Below are positions 56,840 through 64,000 of a DNA stretch of 64,000 bases, one piece after another. Source of the DNA: the human T2T-CHM13v2.0 reference genome, Homo sapiens. A program made the translations under genes and the position numbers. The notes under the pieces are model-generated. The model made no database searches, was not told the origin of the DNA, and saw only the letters and a list, made by a program, of their open reading frames with translations. Location of the stretch: NCBI RefSeq assembly GCF_009914755.1, contig NC_060927.1. One strand, given 5' to 3'. The stretch's first letter is position 1; each line of letters opens with the position of its first letter.

Positions 56840-57310
56840 GAAGATGCAGTAGGATGCTCAAGATGGAGACGAAGGTTTGGAAGCCGTCGGCCATTTATTA
56901 TCACTGAAATCATGGGAGTGAATTCAATTGCTCAGGGGATGTAGACTGGAAGGATAAGCAGGCCTAGGAGAGATCATCGTGAAGAGGAGAAGAGTTTGCA
57001 AAGGTGATAGAGACAGAGGTGGATGATCCAGAAGGTGTGATTGCAGAGAATCCAAAGTTGCATCATATTCCAAGAAGAATATGTGGCCAAAAGAGTCTAA
57101 TAGCTCCCAGCAGTCAAGCAAAAGACAAACTGAGAAATGTGCAATTGACTTAATGACAAGGTCATTTTTGACCCTGGAGAGAACCCAGTTCATGGATTAA
57201 TCAGGGTAGAGGCCAGCTTGTGCTTATGTATGAAGTGAGTGGACAATAAGTGGAGACAGCAAGTGTAGATAACCCTTTCAAGATATCTTCTGTGCAGAAA
57301 AGGCAAGAGT
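56840..57310 (+). mobile_element. L2 fragment
   Basis: Purine-rich L2 body (ggagacagcaagtgtagataacccttt). Confidence 0.6.
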
Positions 57311-57899
57311 GCAGTGGCAAGGACTATGGGCATTTGAGGCAGACAGCCTGGGTTCAATTACCAGCTCGGCTAATGTTTAACTACATGATCTTGGGCATGT
57401 GACTTACCCTCTTTATATCTATATGAAACAATGGGAATTAAGATTATTGCCTATTTCATGGGACTGAATGGAATAACGTTGGTCAAGTACTTAGCACAAT
57501 GCCTGGCACTTGGTAAGAAGAGTGCAATAAAATTTCATTACTATTAATTTAAGTGATAGATGCGTGTGTTAAAAATTCAAATGAGAATCAAAATGTTAAC
57601 AGTGAATTGTGAGTCTCCATCCCATCCCTGTGCCTTGGTTCCTGTCCCAGGTTCTGTGTGGCCTTCCAGAGATCCTCTGAGGGTTGAGGAGAGTGGGACT
57701 TCACTGGAAATACCTGTGAAGAGAAAGGGAGAAAGAGCAAGCTAGGAGACAATAAGATGCAAAGGCATCAGGGGAATGAAAGTAACTGGCTTCCCGGGGA
57801 CTCCAGTAGCCAGGCTGCTTAAAGAGGCAAGACACAAACTGGAGAGTCTGGGAGTTAAGGACAGAGCTTGAGAAACATCTCCTCAGTAAGGGTGGAGAT

Positions 57900-58417
57900 T
57901 TGTTGCATCAGTGGCCCCAGTAAATGGCCTGCTTGTTCCCATGCTCTTTGCACTGACTTGGAAGCTCTTCCCATCGAGAGGTGAAGTCTAGTTCCAATAC
58001 CTTGAATCTGCATTGGCCTTGACTTGTTCTGGCCAACAGGGTGTGGTGGGAATGGCACTGTGCCAGTTCTTCTTGATGTAAGGCATCAAGAAGCCTTACA
58101 TGCTCACTCTTTCTTCACTCACCCCAACCCTTTCCTTTGTCATGTAAACCAGCCTGGACTAGCTTGATGGAGTGATGAGGCCCATGGAGGAAGCCAAGGC
58201 TCTCTACCAGACAAGCAACCAATCCCCAGAAGCAGATCTGCCCTTGTGACCTGCAGCTACCCACAGATGCATAAGGGTGCCCAGCAGAGACCAAAAGAAC
58301 CACCTTGGCTGAGCCCAGCCCATGTTGCTGCCCCACAGAATGATGAGATAAATGTTTGTTGTTTTAAGCTCTTAAGTGTTGGGGTGACTTGTTATGCAGC
58401 AGTTGCTAGCTGATGCA
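57900..58417. mobile_element. MaLR LTR (MLT1F-like)
   Basis: gacttgttctggccaacagg...ataaatgtttgttgttttaagc...ttgttatgcagcagttgctagctgatgca. Confidence 0.75.
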
Positions 58418-60316
58418 GCAAGTTGTGCATTGCATTTGCCATCTCACACATTAGAGTTATCCCATCTCTACAATCACTGTGGGACCTGGGAGGTGGAATT
58501 CAACAGTTCTAAATCAAAAAATGTTTAAAATTACTGAAAATTTGGATGGAGGAAGAAAAGGGAAAGAAAAAGCACTTTGCACGATATATAATATCTACAA
58601 GATATGTTTACACGTGACAGAACAATCAAATTAATCAAATAGGATGTACTCAGTGCTATAACTAGAAATCATAAATATCCTTAATGTTGGTATGGCAGGG
58701 TTTATTGACTCCATTATTCTACCTTGTTGAAGTGTGTAGAAAAATTTTCCCCAAATCGTTTCCACCTTGGCACCCTTTAGCAATTTTTCCATGAAGTCTT
58801 AAATTCTTTCTGCATAGGAGATTTGGGGCCATTAACGAGCATGGTTGAGAAAGGAACTATGGTCATTAGAGGCCCCCAGACAGCTAGGTATTAAATGTGA
58901 ATATAAGCTCTTAAACAATGTGTGTGGGTGCAGAAAAGCTCATTTTCTCCCGTTGAATGCTCCTGAGAGTCGACTTGGCCATCAATTTCTTCTTCCATGA
59001 GGACACAGTTGTAGATGTCATTGGAAGGGCAGGTGTGGCAGTCAAAGGCACTCTCCTGCCTTTCTTTGACCACTAAAGGTCATGTGGGAAAAACCAAACA
59101 GAACATTTTGAATATTTTTAGTGTAGTTCCTGCAGAAATTGCATCAATGGGAATCAAAATAGGGAAGTAAATTAACAGGTGCCCATGCCAATAATGCCCT
59201 TATCATCCTATGGGGTCAGCACTAGCATGAATTTTACAGCTGAGGAAACTGCACAGCAAAGAAGTTCCTTTGCTTGCCAATTGCCCTACGAGGAAATGGC
59301 AGAACAAGTCTGTGAACCCGATCCGTCCACCTCCCATACTTTCTCCATTGTAGGGCGACGTTATTGTGTGGGAAGTGTCCATTTTCTATTTAAAGAAAGC
59401 TTTCAAAATAAATGAAGTTTAAAACATGGGTTGATTTAAAGAAAGGTATTACATAAATAACAGAGCTTGTGGGTCATAGATGTGACAAAGCCATCATGTA
59501 AGTAGCGTGGCCTTGCCGAGGCTGGAGACACACAGGGAGGAGCCCAGGAGGGAGAGCTGGGTGTGGCCCCCACTCTGCCTGTGACCTGCCTACAGCCCCT
59601 CCTGGCTGAGGTGCCCTCCACATCAACATGATTTTTCACTTCTGGGCTTCAGCTTCCTGTGGGTCAAGATAAAGCTTGGCCCAGATGGTCTCCAAGGGTC
59701 CTCCCAGCTCTTAGAAACAGTCTTGCTGTGAACAGCTATTTTTTGCTCTGTATTTAAAAGCACAAGGGCCAGGCCTATTGGGAAAGGCCATTAAGTACAA
59801 TCAAATCTACCAAGATGAAAATATAGGTTCCCGCCCACATGCCATCTTCTTTAAATGCATTTGGCAAGTCCAGAATGTCAGCAATTAGTAACCGGGCCCA
59901 AGCACGGTAATAAGATTTGGACTCACCAGTGAAGGAGAAATTCTTCCCCTGACTAATCTGGTTAGTGAAGCAGTTCAAAGTTGCACACGCTGAAAAATGT
60001 TCCACTAAGGTCATTATAAGTACAAATAAAGTAGACTCTGCTCGCAAATAAAAGTGGTGGGTCACACATGTGTATCTTCCTACGTTATTTTTTGAAAAAA
60101 GTTTTTTTAGACTTCTTTTGAAATAGATGCCCTTGACCTCATACTAAAGTTTCACCATCAAAGGCAAATGAGGTGGTAGTTATGTTTAGGTGGGGAAAGT
60201 CCAGTGAAGGGTTGGGTAACTGCAGAAACTGCTACATATGTATAGATATTTCCAGGTAATTTAGGCAAGGTTGTTGGGGAGGGAAGCAAACTACACAGCC
60301 TTTCTAAACAACAGCA

Positions 60317-60318
<2 letters not shown>

Positions 60319-60366
<48 letters not shown>
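60319..60366. repeat. (TG)24 perfect microsatellite
   Basis: 48 nt of uninterrupted TG. Confidence 0.98.
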
Positions 60367-60368
<2 letters not shown>

Positions 60369-60429
60369 GGGCGGGGGTGGGTGGGTGTTCTGTTTTTTAA
60401 TTGACTACTTTGAGTCAGAGAAGCTACAC

Positions 60430-60650
60430 GGTGTGTACTGGTTAAGGGTACTGACCCTAGGAGCTGAAACACTTCTTGGACTTACAAGCTCTGTGGCCTG
60501 GAACAAGTTACTTAGCCTTTTTGCACCTCAGTTTCCTCATCAGTAAAATGGAGGTAATAAGAGTATATAATTCACATAATTATCGTGAAGGTTAAATGAA
60601 TGAACATATTAAAGTGCTTACAGCAATACTTGCCATAGAGTAAATACTTT
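60430..60650 (+). mobile_element. MIR
   Basis: caagttacttagcc...cctcagtttcctcatcagtaaaatgg...taaagtgctta. Confidence 0.8.
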
Positions 60651-62444
60651 ATGTGTGAACTATATTCTTATCTGTGAAACAGTGTCACCTCTCCCTCTAA
60701 ACTGCTTTGGAAACACCACGTACCTGATAACACGTATCTTACAAAGCCAAGCTACCTTATGCAATGCTAAGTGCACATTCCCTTGTGTATTAAGCAAAAC
60801 TGGAAAGCCTTGGGGGGAACTTTATAGCTGGAAGGTGTCCGAGACATCATCTAGTCTTAAAGTGTCATTTTGTAGACAAAGCAATTGAGACAAGAGAGGT
60901 GAGGTGATTTGTCCAGAGTTATGGAGCAACTTGTAACCTGGCAGCCAAATCCAGATGAGAACAAGGGTACTATTTACATCACCGCCATTCATTCCCAATG
61001 GATTCTTAGTGTTTCAGGTATGAAAAGAAATTAGAAACCAGGAATTAGGATGCTTGGGATCTCTCACTCACACTCTGCCACAAGCCTCTCTCCTAGCCTT
61101 CAAATCTGTAGCAGGTCTATGTGAACATTTGTTTTCTTTGTTTTTGAAACACTAGGCAATGCTCTTTCTTTTCTAACCACAGTTGTACTTCCTTTTAGTG
61201 AACTCTACATCGCTGCATGTTCCTGGGGCAACTGTCAATCAAAGTGACTCCCTCAGCCTAGGGCTGGCCCAGGGCCTGAGAAGGCCGACAGGACTCCCTC
61301 TCACATGGACTGCTGAGCAGAGCACTGTGAACTGAGGGTACAGGCAGCGCTCCCCCATTCTAATGTGTGTGCCAGGAGAGGTGGCCAGGTGCTCCTGCTG
61401 AGGGAGGCCTGCTGCATGTCCTAAACCCTGAGCTATTGTTTCTGGGCCTGGTCTTGCAGTCCTGTTTACTCTATGAGCTACACAAAAGGCCTACAACAAA
61501 GTCCCTTTTGGCTTAAGTTAGCCAGCTTTGGTTCCGTCACTTAACCTATTGACTTAGCCGTTGTGAAAGTTCCTGGCAGGTAGAAAGATGGCGGGAGGCA
61601 GTGGACAATGTTAGTGGAGGGGCCTGCCGAAGAGGTGTCTGGGAGAAGAGAAGGCCTGAACTGTGAATTGAATAAAACTAAGGGACCTTTTTGGACCAGC
61701 AAAAACAAGGCTCAGCAGCAGGAAGAAGGGGAAATAGGGATTCCATAAGCCAAGCAGTTGGCACATTGAAGTCCCTAAGGGGGCAAGGGATGTCAAAGAA
61801 ACAGGACAAGATGTTGCTCTGTACTTGAGGATTTGGAAACTGAAAAAATGAGAAACCGAAAGAGGAAAACATCCAAGGACTCAGTCAGGACTCCACCAAT
61901 GGTCACAGCAAAACAGTACTTTACAGGCACCCCTTAAAAGTGAAACAAAAATTGTTTCCAGGACACTCTGGACAACAGAAGTCAGTATTCATTTACCGTT
62001 TCGTTCATTCATTCAGCTTCTATGCATCTGCTAAGCACCTGCCATAGGCTGGACATCGAGCTAGATGCGGAGATCACACCACCGTCTCTCCCCACACATT
62101 ATTTGTCATCCAACAAGGAAGAGGGATGAGAAGACAAGATCATCACAGCCAGAGAAGCAGGTGAGTGGGTGTGGAGGGGACACAAAGGTAAAGCAATGGT
62201 TCCCACAGGAAGCCAAGTGGTGGGAGCATCCAGCTCCAACAGCCGGAGGAGAAGCTTGCGAGGACTCCAGGAGAGCTGCCTGCATGTGCGCAGCAACCTC
62301 GCTTTCCTTTAACTCTGGCTCTTGTCTAATTCTGGGCTTTAGTGTCAGAGAAAGGAGCATAGGGGGCCAAGTTGGGCTTTGTTCTGGTTCCTAACAGCTT
62401 GCAGGTTTGACAGCCAGGCCCCCGAGGGATATGTGCAAAACCTT

Positions 62445-62600
62445 CCTACCAACGTGTGGGCCCCAGACCAGCAGCATAGACCTCTCCTGGGAGCTTGTTA
62501 GAAATATAGAATTCAGGCCGCATCCAAGACCCACTATATCACAGTCTGCATTTTAACAAGGTTCCCGGTGACCTGTAAGCAGGTTAACAATTGAGAGCAA
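62445..62600. mobile_element. MER5A MITE
   Basis: agaccagcagcat...cctgggagcttgttagaaat...tctgcattttaacaag. Confidence 0.8.
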
Positions 62601-62785
62601 CAGTGTGATAATTGATGCTAGTGAAAAAGTGCTTTACCAGTTAAACCCTTAGCGAAGTACTGAGATATTCATTTAAGGGTAGGTTATTTGGAAAGACTCA
62701 GGTCAGGAACTGGGGGCAATGGTGCAGGGGTTGGGGAGGGCAAGAAGACTGAGTAGGACAGGTTCCTTTGGGTTGGATATACCAT

Positions 62786-63268
<483 letters not shown>

Positions 63269-63499
63269 AGTTTACCAGGATGTAGTTGTTATCTCACAAC
63301 ATTTAAAAGGGCTTGAAGCTATTAAAATAAAGGGATTAATGAAGAATAACTGAAAGAATTGAATGGATGATTTAAATTTAGGCATGCCAAGCAAATTAAC
63401 TTGGGGACATGTGTATAATTTTTTCCAATATTTTCAATGTGGATATGAATCTAGTTGAATCACTAATATCTCCCCACAAAAGAGTAACAACCAGAGGTG

Positions 63500-64000
63500 G
63501 CAAGTGGTTAAGTAAATGGTATTGGAAAAATAAAGCCAAATCTCTACCTAACACCATATGGATTAAAGACCTAAAAGTGAAAGATAAACTTGAAAAGTTA
63601 ATAGAGGAGAATGTAGGAGAATATCTTAGTTACTCAGGTGAAGGGAAGAACTTCTTAAATTAAAATTTAAAAACACTTACCATCCAGCAATCTCATCCCT
63701 GGGTGTATGTCCTAGATAATTTAAATCCAAAGGTATGTCAAAGAGATATCTGCATTCTTGTCTTCATTTCAGCATTATTTACAATAGCCGAAAAATGGAA
63801 GCAACCTAAGTACCCATCAGCGAATGAATGGATAAGGAAAATGTGGTATGTACATACACACAATGGAGTACTATACAGCCTTAAAAAGGAAGGAAATCTT
63901 GTCATGTGTGACAACGTGGATGGAACTGAAGGATATTGCACTAAATGAAATAAGCCAGACACAGGAAGACAAATACTATATAATCTCCCTTATTTGTGGA
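63500..64000 (+). mobile_element. L1M ORF2 C-terminal and 3' fragments
   Basis: WIKDLKVK...LIEENVGEYL is ORF2p-like. tggaagcaacctaagtacccatcagcgaatgaatggataaggaaaatgtggta is L1 3' sequence. Confidence 0.88.

Noticed and set aside
57159-57174. Estrogen-response-element-like AGGTCA...TGACCC
   Set aside because: The spacer is 4 nt rather than 3, and it lies within an L2 relic.

Overview
Primate (human-like) genomic DNA covering the 5' half of MGLL (monoglyceride lipase, an alpha/beta-hydrolase) on the minus strand. Three coding exons with canonical GT-AG junctions join in frame: exon 1 CDS 46884-46893, exon 2 46269-46413 and exon 3 6364-6470, giving [88 protein letters not shown] CpG-island promoter lies at about 46.95-48.15 kb. 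The rest is a ~39.8 kb intron, part of the next intron and ~16 kb of upstream flank, filled with Alu, L1, L2, MIR, MaLR LTR and MER DNA-transposon relics and simple repeats. Nearly all ORFs in the supplied track are spurious. I see no convincing new multi-gene system. The best leads are a spliced overlapping uORF that could steer start-codon choice, a chimeric local duplication next to the exon 3 branch point that predates an Alu, a palindromic 20-bp minisatellite invaded by a recombinant Alu, a perfect IR-1 nuclear-receptor palindrome, an old L1 retaining a perfect 15-bp TSD, and an Alu-split MER53 hairpin. Repeat boundaries and subfamily names were judged by eye and are approximate.
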